From a virus: 64,000 nt of DNA. The notes below the pieces were generated by a model that did no database searches, had not been told where the DNA came from, and saw only the letters and a program-made list of their open reading frames with translations. Position numbers and translations under genes: made by a program. The stretch is from the IMG/VR virus record IMGVR_UViG_3300023174_007026, positions 11,444-75,443 of that record; one strand, 5' to 3'. This document shows, piece after piece, positions 10,340 through 19,066 of the stretch (within the stretch, counting starts at the first letter, position 1; the number at the start of each line of letters is the position of its first letter).

Positions 10340-11214
10340 ACTGGTTGCAATGTCTGGGTAAAATTTATAAAGGTCTGTGTCAATTTGCCACCAGCAGCTT
10401 GCGCATGACCTCCACCTTCACACAATTTTTGAGCCAGCAAAGATACATCAGCTGTGCATGTTTTGCTGCATCTAAATGAAACAGTCTCTCTGTCTACATT
10501 GACCATCATCAAAATGTCAGCATCAGTAGTATTAAACACATGCTGTGCAACTTCAGAGTGACATGTTGTACAAAATGTTGCAATGCATTTGTGTTGATTG
10601 ATTTTGCCTTGGTATAGCTTCAAGTCATTGATGATGTTTTTTACTTTGCTGGCATGAATTGCTAATGCAGCTTGATGCTGCGGTGAAAAGCCATTGAAAC
10701 CTTTTTGAAACTGTTTGCTAAATTCAATGACTCTGTTGCCTTGCAGGGTCCAAAAAATGTTGTTGAGATCTTGTGATTGTTTGAGACTGTTGGTACCACT
10801 GTCAAAATCACTGGTCAATGCAATGAGCATTTTCTGCTGAGTAGTAAGAAAATCTTTTTTGGTTTTGAATGTTTCATGAATCAACTGCGCTGTTGATTTG
10901 CAGTCTTTGACAATGGCTTTGCAATTTTTGTAATTGGCAGCTTGATCAACATGAGTTTTGTGATGATCAAAAATTACAACATTGGCATTGTCAACCAAAT
11001 CCGCAATGTCTGTTGTATCCAAGTCCAAGATGTAAATCTTCTCATAATCAGATGCTTTGTTGGTTTGCAGCCATGCAAGATAACATTCACGTAATTTTGC
11101 ACCAGTGCATATGCGTGGAATCAAGTTGATGCCTGGTTTATACCAACTCAACACCAAAAACGATGCTGCTCCATCCAGATCTGCATCTGTCCATACTATA
11201 GTTTGCTTAGACAT
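10336..11214 (-). CDS. DHH/DHHA1 phosphoesterase
   Basis: DADLDG, FDHH, GGGHAQAAG motifs. Confidence 0.9.
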   Translation of the reverse strand: MSKQTIVWTDADLDGAASFLVLSWYKPGINLIPRICTGAKLRECYLAWLQTNKASDYEKIYILDLDTTDIADLVDNANVVIFDHHKTHVDQAANYKNCKAIVKDCKSTAQLIHETFKTKKDFLTTQQKMLIALTSDFDSGTNSLKQSQDLNNIFWTLQGNRVIEFSKQFQKGFNGFSPQHQAALAIHASKVKNIINDLKLYQGKINQHKCIATFCTTCHSEVAQHVFNTTDADILMMVNVDRETVSFRCSKTCTADVSLLAQKLCEGGGHAQAAGGKLTQTFINFTQTLQPV

Positions 11215-11249
11215 TATCGTTAATTTATGAGTATCAACGCAAAACTCAA

Positions 11250-11420
11250 CTATTGCAGTGCATCTGCAATCAAAGTACTACAGCGGTATAAACTTGCTTC
11301 CAGCTGCATGATGGTTCTTGAATTGGATGATGATGCAGCAGGTAAATCATTCATATAATCTACATAAAAAAATATATTCTGTGCAGATACATTTAAAAGT
11401 GATAATTTACTTGCTGTCAT
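11250..11420 (-). CDS. Small hypothetical protein (56 aa, absent from ORF track)
   Basis: Manually translated MTASKLSLLNVSAQNIFFYVDY...ADALQ*; fills the gap downstream of the helicase. Confidence 0.4.
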   Translation of the reverse strand: MTASKLSLLNVSAQNIFFYVDYMNDLPAASSSNSRTIMQLEASLYRCSTLIADALQ

Positions 11421-11438
11421 TTGATTGTATGTATTTAA

Positions 11439-12761
11439 TCAATGAGACAGCATGCGTAATGAGTTTGCAGCATCTTCAGAATCTTGAGTCATGCTGTTGA
11501 GTTGTTCATCTTCACTCAATGTCAATGTAGAATAGTCAATCTTGAATGCATTGCTTCCAGAGTTGATGCCAAAGCGATTTTTGAGCAATGATGCGCGCAT
11601 GATGCCCAGTTCTTTGTCACCATCTCCCTGCCACAAACTTCCTACAAAGTCAGATGTAGCACCCAACGCATAACTTTCACTGACAGTTGTCAAGTCTGGC
11701 TCATTGACATTGGTACCACTTCTGTTGGTTTGAGTAACAGTAACCAATGGGCAGTTGAATGCATAAGTCATTGCTCGGGTTTCTTCTGCAATGTATTTGA
11801 TGCGTTCATAACTGTTGTTGCCTTTGGTAGTAGTCAACAGATTCAAGTAATCCAACACAATCAAATCAATCTTGATGTTGCGCTTTTGCAATTTGCGCAA
11901 GTATACTTCCAAGGCTCTGGGAGTCATGGTGCTTGGAGGAAACTCTTTGATGAATACTTTGCAATTGCTGTTGAATTCTTTGAGGTTATCCATTTGAGCA
12001 CGCACAATGTCAATGTCTTTGGCAAGAGAATTGATGCCTATTTTAGTCAAGTTGGCAGTCAGCCGTTTGGCATACATGGTCTCAGACATTTCAAGTGAGA
12101 TGACTACTACATTCTTGCCTTGCAGTGCCACATTGCAAGCAATGTTGCCAAGAATGATGCTTTTGCCAATGTTGGTTTGACCTGCAAACACATACATGGC
12201 GCGGCCATTTCTTTGCAACCCTCCTCCCAGCTTTTCATCCAGCCACTTGAAGCCAGTGGGTATAGTTGGCTCTGGATTCATTAACTCTTGCTCAACTTTG
12301 CTGAAGTCTTTGAGTAGATCCAATCCTAAATCTGGAATCAAACTCACATTGCATGATTTTTCAAACTTGTCAAGAATCAAACTGGTATCAATGTTGCCAG
12401 CTCCAACATCTTGAGCTACAGCCATCATTGCTTCATAGATGCCTCGCTCTTTCAAAAACCGTTCTGTATTTTCATATAATTCTTCTCTGTTGAGAGCTTT
12501 GTCAATACTGGAAATGCTGTTGACTGCATTTTTAAACTTCTGTTTGTCAGCATCTGTTGACAAATAACTTTTGATTTCAGTAGTTGTTGGAATGCTTTTG
12601 CGTTTTTCATAAAAGCTGCACACAATCTCAAATACAAGTCTCAAGTTTGCATCTGAAAAGTATGATGGCTTGACATAATCAATGACACTTGCCAAGTACT
12701 CATCATCTGTAATGCTTTTGAAAGCAATTACCTTTTCCATCCAATCTAAGTCCAATTTCAT
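11439..12761 (-). CDS. Replicative DnaB-like helicase (T4 gp41-like)
   Basis: Walker A GQTNIGKS, SLEMSE, IVLDYLNLL, TQTNR, LKNRFG. Confidence 0.95.
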   Translation of the reverse strand: MKLDLDWMEKVIAFKSITDDEYLASVIDYVKPSYFSDANLRLVFEIVCSFYEKRKSIPTTTEIKSYLSTDADKQKFKNAVNSISSIDKALNREELYENTERFLKERGIYEAMMAVAQDVGAGNIDTSLILDKFEKSCNVSLIPDLGLDLLKDFSKVEQELMNPEPTIPTGFKWLDEKLGGGLQRNGRAMYVFAGQTNIGKSIILGNIACNVALQGKNVVVISLEMSETMYAKRLTANLTKIGINSLAKDIDIVRAQMDNLKEFNSNCKVFIKEFPPSTMTPRALEVYLRKLQKRNIKIDLIVLDYLNLLTTTKGNNSYERIKYIAEETRAMTYAFNCPLVTVTQTNRSGTNVNEPDLTTVSESYALGATSDFVGSLWQGDGDKELGIMRASLLKNRFGINSGSNAFKIDYSTLTLSEDEQLNSMTQDSEDAANSLRMLSH

Positions 12762-12770
12762 ATTATATTA

Positions 12771-13451
12771 TTATTGCTGAAAGTACAATTGCAAAAACTT
12801 TTTATTGCTTGCAGACCATTTAACATCATCCAAGCTCAATAATCCTGGTGATTGATGAAATACATTGATGGGATACACTCCAACTCTCATACTACATTTG
12901 TTTGCATCAATGCAAGATGCAATGTCATAATGATGAAAGTCAAAGTTTTCATTCCACTGCCAATTCTTTTGCATTGCTGCTGCAACATTGACTGCAACAA
13001 ACAATCCATCAACAATTGCTACCCTTGCAGGTGTTGTTCCAAACCCTGTCATAAATTTAGTACCATCATGAGCTAAATGTCCTGCATATCCTCGTTGATG
13101 TTCTCTTTTGCTCATTATGTGCCACAGTGCAGGGTGTTGAATGGTAGGATTGAGTCCACCTGCAAGTCCAACAATGTCATAATTCAAATTGTTCATGGCA
13201 TCATCCAGCTTGCTGTCCAGCATAGCATCATCCAATGCAACATCATCATGAATATACACAATGCGTTCATAATTTTTAGCATGGTCTTTGAATGCTGCAT
13301 TGTACATTTTGCTGAGACCCATTTGATTCTCACAATACCATTGTGTGTCAAAGTCAGTTAGTGTTTGGATTTTACTCAAGCTTTGATGCAGCAGTGTATC
13401 TTGAAAATGCTTTTTTGTGGTGCAGCTTACTATCAATGTTGGTTTTTGCAT
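12771..13451 (-). CDS. GT-A (GT2-like) glycosyltransferase
   Basis: YIHDDV DxD-type motif, GLAG, DGLF, FHHYD. Confidence 0.75.
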   Translation of the reverse strand: MQKPTLIVSCTTKKHFQDTLLHQSLSKIQTLTDFDTQWYCENQMGLSKMYNAAFKDHAKNYERIVYIHDDVALDDAMLDSKLDDAMNNLNYDIVGLAGGLNPTIQHPALWHIMSKREHQRGYAGHLAHDGTKFMTGFGTTPARVAIVDGLFVAVNVAAAMQKNWQWNENFDFHHYDIASCIDANKCSMRVGVYPINVFHQSPGLLSLDDVKWSASNKKFLQLYFQQ

Positions 13452-13461
13452 AAATAAAAAT

Positions 13462-13815
13462 ATGACTATCTCTGATGTTGTAACTCGGTTGATGTATTTG
13501 CAGTTGCAGATACGTATTTTTCACTGGCAAACCACTTCGTTTGCTCAGCATGAAGCATTTGGTAAATTTTATGATTCATTGAGCGGATTGTTGGATGAGT
13601 TTGTAGAAGCATTTCAAGGACGTTATGACAGAATCATGTTCAATGACTCCATTGTATTGAAAAATATGGATGAAGTTGATATTAATACAGCTTTAGAAAG
13701 AGTTACTGACATTCTGGTTAATGAAATTGAATTGACTGATACTGATTTACTCAACATTCGTGATGAAATCTTAGGTGCAGTCAACAAGCTCAAGTATCTT
13801 CTGACTCTGCAATGA
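13462..13815 (+). CDS. Ferritin/Dps-like four-helix protein (DUF5856-like), late
   Basis: HWQT.SFAQHEAFGKFY..L..LLDEFVE..QG; TAAATA at 13451. Confidence 0.7.
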   Translation: MTISDVVTRLMYLQLQIRIFHWQTTSFAQHEAFGKFYDSLSGLLDEFVEAFQGRYDRIMFNDSIVLKNMDEVDINTALERVTDILVNEIELTDTDLLNIRDEILGAVNKLKYLLTLQ

Positions 13816-14485
13816 ATAAAAATGGTGAATCTGTTGTAAACTTTTCAATGGGTTCAATGTTTTTTTCAGCAATATCTATTTTGTAGATGCATCCTTCTCC
13901 AAGTTCACACCACTCTTTGTTTTTGCAAGGCACAGAGCAGAAAGAACCAGTGCTCATGTTAGCAAAGATGGTGCTGCCTTGACGAGCCAAAAACACTTGC
14001 TTGGTTTTCTTGTGAACAATCCACAATCCAAATGTGCCTTTGAGCTCACTCAATGTATTTTTGATGCATGATGCAACAGTTTGATGATCTTGTTGCTCAT
14101 ACATATGCAACAGTGCTGGAATCACTGCAGTATCAACTTGACTCTGTACTTGCAGATTGTACTTCTCAGTGAGTTGTTCTGCATTGGTAAGGACTCCATT
14201 GTGCGCAACAATCCAATTTTCATAAACAAATGGATGTGCATCTGAGTCTTTCCATTTTCTAACGCTGCTGGTAGGTGCTTGACAATGTCCCAAGTGCAGT
14301 TTATTGATATCCAAATCCTTTAAGTCGTTAACCTTGGGATGCTTATCAAATCTTTGTATATGAAACGGCGTATTCTTGTCTTTGGTCAAGAAACAATGAC
14401 CATACGCAAATTTACCACGTTGTTGAGATGCCTCATACAAGACATCATACATATTTTTGCTAAAAGCTCCCAGGATTCCACACAT
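13790..14485 (-). CDS. Class II (Ntn) glutamine amidotransferase
   Basis: N-terminal MCGI, RG, GH..APT, HPF, HNG, DT motifs. Confidence 0.88.
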   Translation of the reverse strand: MCGILGAFSKNMYDVLYEASQQRGKFAYGHCFLTKDKNTPFHIQRFDKHPKVNDLKDLDINKLHLGHCQAPTSSVRKWKDSDAHPFVYENWIVAHNGVLTNAEQLTEKYNLQVQSQVDTAVIPALLHMYEQQDHQTVASCIKNTLSELKGTFGLWIVHKKTKQVFLARQGSTIFANMSTGSFCSVPCKNKEWCELGEGCIYKIDIAEKNIEPIEKFTTDSPFLFIAESEDT

Positions 14486-14540
14486 TGTAATTCAATATAA
14501 GGTATGCAGTAAAAAGATCAACATTTTACTAAATATACAC

Positions 14541-15431
14541 ATGAGTATTCTTAAACGTCCAGGATGGAGTAATGTTATCAATGAAATGGCTGATGCCAAA
14601 GCATTTGGCTTGACTGCCAAGCAAAAGAGAGTGGAACAAGGCACAGCATACAGAGTAGTTCGCATGCTGTTGGCAGATTTTCTCAAGACCAATGGGTTGA
14701 TTCCCAAGGAAGCACGCACTGTTACTGCTGCTGAAGTCAATAACATCATTGCAGGGCTTGGTGATGATGCAGTTACACAAGATGTATTGGGTGCATGGGA
14801 ACAGTATGCTGAGCAACAACTGGGCAGCAATGCAACTGCAGAAGTTCAGCAGCAAGTTGATGTTGTTGCACAAGAGATTGAAGATGCATCACAAGGACAA
14901 CTGGCAACAGGTGCACGTGAAGCTGGTGGACACACCAGCAGATTCATTCAAGACATGCAAGACAAGATTAAAAGTGTAGAAGATTTTCTTGCTGTTACAC
15001 AATTTCCCAAAGGTTACAGACACATGGAACCCAGCGGCATGGGCATGGATACTGATCATCAGTATGTCAATCAAACAGGTGGCGGCAAAGCAATTCGTGT
15101 GCTTTCCAAGACACCATTGCGTTCCAAAGCTGATTTGAGATCATCTCAAATTGTATTTCAAGATGGTCCTGAAGAATACAACATCTCATTTGATCAAAAT
15201 GGCAATTCCAAGTCACAATCTGTACTATATACAGGTGAGAATGAAGAAAGCAGCAAAGATTGTGGATGTCCTGCTGATGAAGATTGTGAGCACATGCAAA
15301 CTCATTACTCATCAGATGTTTATATGCCTGAAAGTCACAAGTTGTCTCTCAAAAAGCAGACTGTATTGGCAGAACAAGCCAGGGTACAACGTTATCAACA
15401 CATGATGCGCATGGAACAACGTTACATGTAA
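14541..15431 (+). CDS. Late protein, possible internal head protein
   Basis: TAAATA at 14530; N-terminal INE motif. Confidence 0.7.
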   Translation: MSILKRPGWSNVINEMADAKAFGLTAKQKRVEQGTAYRVVRMLLADFLKTNGLIPKEARTVTAAEVNNIIAGLGDDAVTQDVLGAWEQYAEQQLGSNATAEVQQQVDVVAQEIEDASQGQLATGAREAGGHTSRFIQDMQDKIKSVEDFLAVTQFPKGYRHMEPSGMGMDTDHQYVNQTGGGKAIRVLSKTPLRSKADLRSSQIVFQDGPEEYNISFDQNGNSKSQSVLYTGENEESSKDCGCPADEDCEHMQTHYSSDVYMPESHKLSLKKQTVLAEQARVQRYQHMMRMEQRYM

Positions 15432-15434
15432 CAA

Positions 15435-15620
15435 ATGAGACTTTCTGAACATCAGAAAAGTAGATATGCATATGAACTTGATCATCATGCCACTCGCATG
15501 CACGTTGAACTTTCATACAGCAACAGCAAGGACACTGATGATACGCTACCTTATCAGATGAGGTATTTGCTATCTCAGTTGAGTTACATTCAACGATTCA
15601 TAGGTTATTTCATCAAATGA
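15435..15620 (+). CDS. Small hypothetical protein
   Basis: 61 aa, immediately downstream of the late gene. Confidence 0.55.
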   Translation: MRLSEHQKSRYAYELDHHATRMHVELSYSNSKDTDDTLPYQMRYLLSQLSYIQRFIGYFIK

Positions 15621-15796
15621 AAATTACACCCAGACAACGAGAAATAAGAGCAAAAAATCTTGCATGGAGTGTAAAAAGATTGCCTTATGCTGTCCATGAT
15701 ATGATCCATGAGAATGGAAATGAAATGCCGTTGATCAAAAGTTGTGTATCTGAAATGCAGCGCATATTCAGAGACTACATCACTGGTCGTTGGTGA
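15617..15796 (+). CDS. Small hypothetical protein (59 aa, absent from ORF track)
   Basis: ATGA overlap with previous stop; MKITPRQREIRAKNLAWSVKRLPY...DYITGRW*. Confidence 0.55.
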   Translation: MKITPRQREIRAKNLAWSVKRLPYAVHDMIHENGNEMPLIKSCVSEMQRIFRDYITGRW

Positions 15797-16529
15797 TGTC
15801 TTTGCATTGGTGCTGTTGATACAATGCATCAATTTGCTTTTGTTGCTTGTACTTGATAGGATCTTTGTAGCCTGCTTTGAGGAAGCCTTGAATGCGCAAA
15901 CTGCTGCTTGGTGTTGTTGCATCTGCTAACTCTTCACCAGAGTAACAAGTGTATGTCTTGGCAAATGGGACATTCAATGATACTCCCATTCTCACAATGT
16001 CTGCCTTGTCGCAATTGATTAATGGAGCCACAACACTGATTGCATTTTCTCTGTTGAGAGAACAAAGGCTATTGAGTGATGGCAGAAACTCTGCTGATGC
16101 ATCCCAATAACCGGCCAGTGAATCAACTGCTGTTGCTCCATGCCAAACTTGCTCTGCACCTACAGCTTCAGCATGTGACAATGCAATGCTCAAAAACATC
16201 AAGTTGCGAAATGGTACATAACTCTTGGGCTGAGCTTCTCCTGCAATTTTTCTGATGTCAGGAGTTTCAATGTCATCATTGGTGAGAGATGAAGTTGGTG
16301 CAAGGTGGCGAATGAATGATGCATCTACATTTTTCAAGAACACTGGCTTCTTGCTTTTGTACTTTGCATCTGCATACAACCACCCTGCACACTGCAACTC
16401 TCTGTTGTGCCTCTGACCATAATCAAACGTGATGCAATGCACTTCATCAAATTCTCTTACAGCTTTATATAAAAGTACAGCGCTATCTACACCACCGCTC
16501 AAATTGACGACAACTTTTTTAGTATCCAT
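15780..16529 (-). CDS. queC: 7-cyano-7-deazaguanine synthase QueC
   Basis: SGGVDS PP-loop, FDYGQRH..EL, YVPFRN, D..GY.D, PL...KADIV, TYTCY. Confidence 0.92.
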   Translation of the reverse strand: MDTKKVVVNLSGGVDSAVLLYKAVREFDEVHCITFDYGQRHNRELQCAGWLYADAKYKSKKPVFLKNVDASFIRHLAPTSSLTNDDIETPDIRKIAGEAQPKSYVPFRNLMFLSIALSHAEAVGAEQVWHGATAVDSLAGYWDASAEFLPSLNSLCSLNRENAISVVAPLINCDKADIVRMGVSLNVPFAKTYTCYSGEELADATTPSSSLRIQGFLKAGYKDPIKYKQQKQIDALYQQHQCKDITNDQ

Positions 16530-16563
16530 ACATATATCTTAGTATCCATTCATAAATAATCAA

Positions 16564-17244
16564 GTGAAAATAATCCACCCTGAAAATGAAAAATATAAAC
16601 GCGTGGATAATTACTGGTATATAGTGTACCGCGTTGACATATTACACACTAACAAATATTACATTGGTTCTCGTAAAACAAATAATTTATTTGATAATTA
16701 CTACGGCTCACCTAGTAAAACAAATGAATATTATGACATACTAAAAGAATGTGTTGCTCAGCGTTCATATGATCGTTTAACGTTTACGGTCATTGAGTGG
16801 ACTACAAAGCAACAAAGATATAAAGATGAAGAACGAATATTGCAAGCTTGTAAGAATGATAGTAATTGTATGAATAGAAATTTTTATCCATGCAATTCAT
16901 ACTTTGCTTACAATCAAGGCGATGATAATAACCCATTCATCAAAAATAAAATTGAAATTTCAGCAAAAAATATAGAGCGTAACATTGAACGTGCAGGTGT
17001 GTATCGTTTTTTTCATCCAATATATGGTGAATACATTTGTTCCATTTCAGAACTGATTAACACCTTTAAAGAAATCGGAATTAAAATGGATAGAGGTGTG
17101 ATGAATGTTATAACCCAATATGGCAATTTAAAGAATGGGTGGCCTGAAAAGTATAACAAACGGACCAAAAAAATAACTCCCACAAACAAGTATTATTTGT
17201 GGGAGTGTAAGGAGATTGTACGTAAACCTTTTATACGCAAATAA
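16564..17244 (+). CDS. Free-standing GIY-YIG homing endonuclease
   Basis: YIVYRV...KYYIGSR...YYGS; TA-rich composition unlike flanks; TAAATA at 16553. Confidence 0.8.
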   Translation: MKIIHPENEKYKRVDNYWYIVYRVDILHTNKYYIGSRKTNNLFDNYYGSPSKTNEYYDILKECVAQRSYDRLTFTVIEWTTKQQRYKDEERILQACKNDSNCMNRNFYPCNSYFAYNQGDDNNPFIKNKIEISAKNIERNIERAGVYRFFHPIYGEYICSISELINTFKEIGIKMDRGVMNVITQYGNLKNGWPEKYNKRTKKITPTNKYYLWECKEIVRKPFIRK

Positions 17245-17245
17245 T

Positions 17246-17497
17246 TCAAATACTAGCCTCGTCCAGCAATTGTTCCAGCTTATTTTTGCTTTGAACACCA
17301 GAAACTCTGGTGACTTCTTTGTTGTCCTTGAAGAATATGATGGTAGGCACTGCAGTAACCTTGAAAGGTATTTCATTGTGAGCATCCAAAAACTCAGTTT
17401 CAATTTCTGGATGCTCACTGAAAAACTTCTCAATGATTGGTTTGAACATTTTGCATGGACCACATGTGATTGTACTGATGTAGCAAATTTTAATCAT
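17246..17497 (-). CDS. Thioredoxin
   Basis: CGPC active site, VPT cis-Pro motif; start overlaps the uvsX stop. Confidence 0.88.
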   Translation of the reverse strand: MIKICYISTITCGPCKMFKPIIEKFFSEHPEIETEFLDAHNEIPFKVTAVPTIIFFKDNKEVTRVSGVQSKNKLEQLLDEASI

Positions 17498-18599
17498 TGT
17501 ATTCAATCTCCTCTCCTTCTTCTGGAACATCTTCTTCAACTTTGTTGCCATAAGCCCATTCAATTTTCATCTTCTCTTCCAACTTGGGCAAAATGGTCTC
17601 TTCCCACAGTTTGGTATCTTTGCGCCAGCTCTTGGCATAACCCAACTTAGTACCATCAGCCAATGCATATGTTGAACCATTTTGAATGATGATGCCCATG
17701 CCAACTGCCATGTCCAGCAATCCATAGTAACGATCCAATCCAGTTGAGAAACTCAAATACATTTCACCTTCCAAGTATTGCTTGATGAATCGATTTTTTC
17801 TGGTGAGTGCTCTGATGATGATGCCACCATAATTGCGTTGACCCACTGCCAACTCATTGTTGTCAACTGTCTTGCCTCCATCATCCTTCAATGGCTTGCG
17901 AGCCAACTGAACTGTAACAGATGGCAAATACACAACAGACTTGCCACCTGGCATATTTTTTTCAATGCTGGGATACATGGCAGAAGGATCATCATAAACA
18001 TGATTGGTGATGATGAATGTTGTGCGTGTAACAGCGCCTAAATTAGTACAAGTCTGCAACAATGATTTGATGGCACGAGCTTTGGTGCCCATGTCAGCGC
18101 TGGTACTTTCTTTGTCCATGCGAGCCAATTCCAACTCTGATTGCAAGTTGCCCAATGAGTCAATGGCTACAATGAACTTACCTTCCAAGCCTTTTTCTTT
18201 GATGCTGCTCAAAAACTTGTATACAGCATTGCGAGTCTGCTCAATGCTGATGCACGGCACGTATTTTACTTTGCTGATGTCCAATCCCAGTCGTTCTGCA
18301 CCAGTTGGATCAATGGCTGATTCTGTATCAAAGATGACTGGATACAGTCCCATTTTTTGAGCATTGGCCAAGATCTTTTGTACAAACAAACTCTTGCCTG
18401 TCATGGACTCACCTGCAATCATTGTTACTCGTCCCTTGGGAATACCACCATTGCGTGAGCCAGATATGATGCTGTTGAGTACATATGATCCAGTATCAAT
18501 CCATTCATTTACAGTACTGAGCGTATTGTTGTTGAGATAAGTTGCATAAGGATTTATTTCGTTGATGCTGTCTAGTGCAGCTGAGATGTCTTTGTCCAT
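17490..18599 (-). CDS. uvsX: RecA-like recombinase UvsX
   Basis: TGSYVLN, GESMTGKS, FDTE, IDSLGNL, TNH, GG. Confidence 0.93.
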   Translation of the reverse strand: MDKDISAALDSINEINPYATYLNNNTLSTVNEWIDTGSYVLNSIISGSRNGGIPKGRVTMIAGESMTGKSLFVQKILANAQKMGLYPVIFDTESAIDPTGAERLGLDISKVKYVPCISIEQTRNAVYKFLSSIKEKGLEGKFIVAIDSLGNLQSELELARMDKESTSADMGTKARAIKSLLQTCTNLGAVTRTTFIITNHVYDDPSAMYPSIEKNMPGGKSVVYLPSVTVQLARKPLKDDGGKTVDNNELAVGQRNYGGIIIRALTRKNRFIKQYLEGEMYLSFSTGLDRYYGLLDMAVGMGIIIQNGSTYALADGTKLGYAKSWRKDTKLWEETILPKLEEKMKIEWAYGNKVEEDVPEEGEEIEYND

Positions 18600-18635
18600 G
18601 TAACTATTTACAGCAAATCTGCTAAAAATCTACAT

Positions 18636-18663
18636 AAAAAAAGACCACATTTCTGTGGTCTTT
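18636..18663 (-). terminator. Rho-independent terminator after the polymerase operon
   Basis: Hairpin GACCACA-4nt-TGTGGTC followed by a T7 run on the minus strand. Confidence 0.7.
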
Positions 18664-18685
18664 CTTCTTGAATCTCAATGATTTA

Positions 18686-19036
18686 TCAATCATCAAAAAG
18701 TTTGATAACTTCTGGGGTATTTGGTGTGATGATGGGGCTTGGATTGAAGATTCTGGTGTACTGACTGATGAGTTTTTCATCCAACTCAATGCTGGTTGCT
18801 ACTGCATTGCTAGCTTTGGCAAAGCTCCAAACTGTACCCCTTTTCTTGCTCTCTGCAGACAGCAACTCACCAAAAATCATGGGAAACAACTGCACATTGA
18901 GTTGACCATTTTGTGTAGGTTGAATAAACAGTGTTGCAGGATTAGTGAGCTGAATGTCATTAGCAGTTTCACCTGCTAGTTCTCCCAAAATAATGCTTCC
19001 TGATGCGTCTTTGATTGCTGTGATGGTTGGTTTCAT
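18686..19036 (-). CDS. Hypothetical protein (small beta-rich, Sm-like appearance)
   Basis: 116 aa directly downstream of the polymerase. Confidence 0.6.
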   Translation of the reverse strand: MKPTITAIKDASGSIILGELAGETANDIQLTNPATLFIQPTQNGQLNVQLFPMIFGELLSAESKKRGTVWSFAKASNAVATSIELDEKLISQYTRIFNPSPIITPNTPEVIKLFDD

Positions 19037-19066
19037 ATATATAAGTTATAATAGGTTTTGTAAATT

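Noticed and set aside
15605-15922. 105-aa minus-strand ORF downstream of queC
   Set aside because: Overlaps queC out of frame; the region is better explained by the coupled plus-strand ORF 15617-15796
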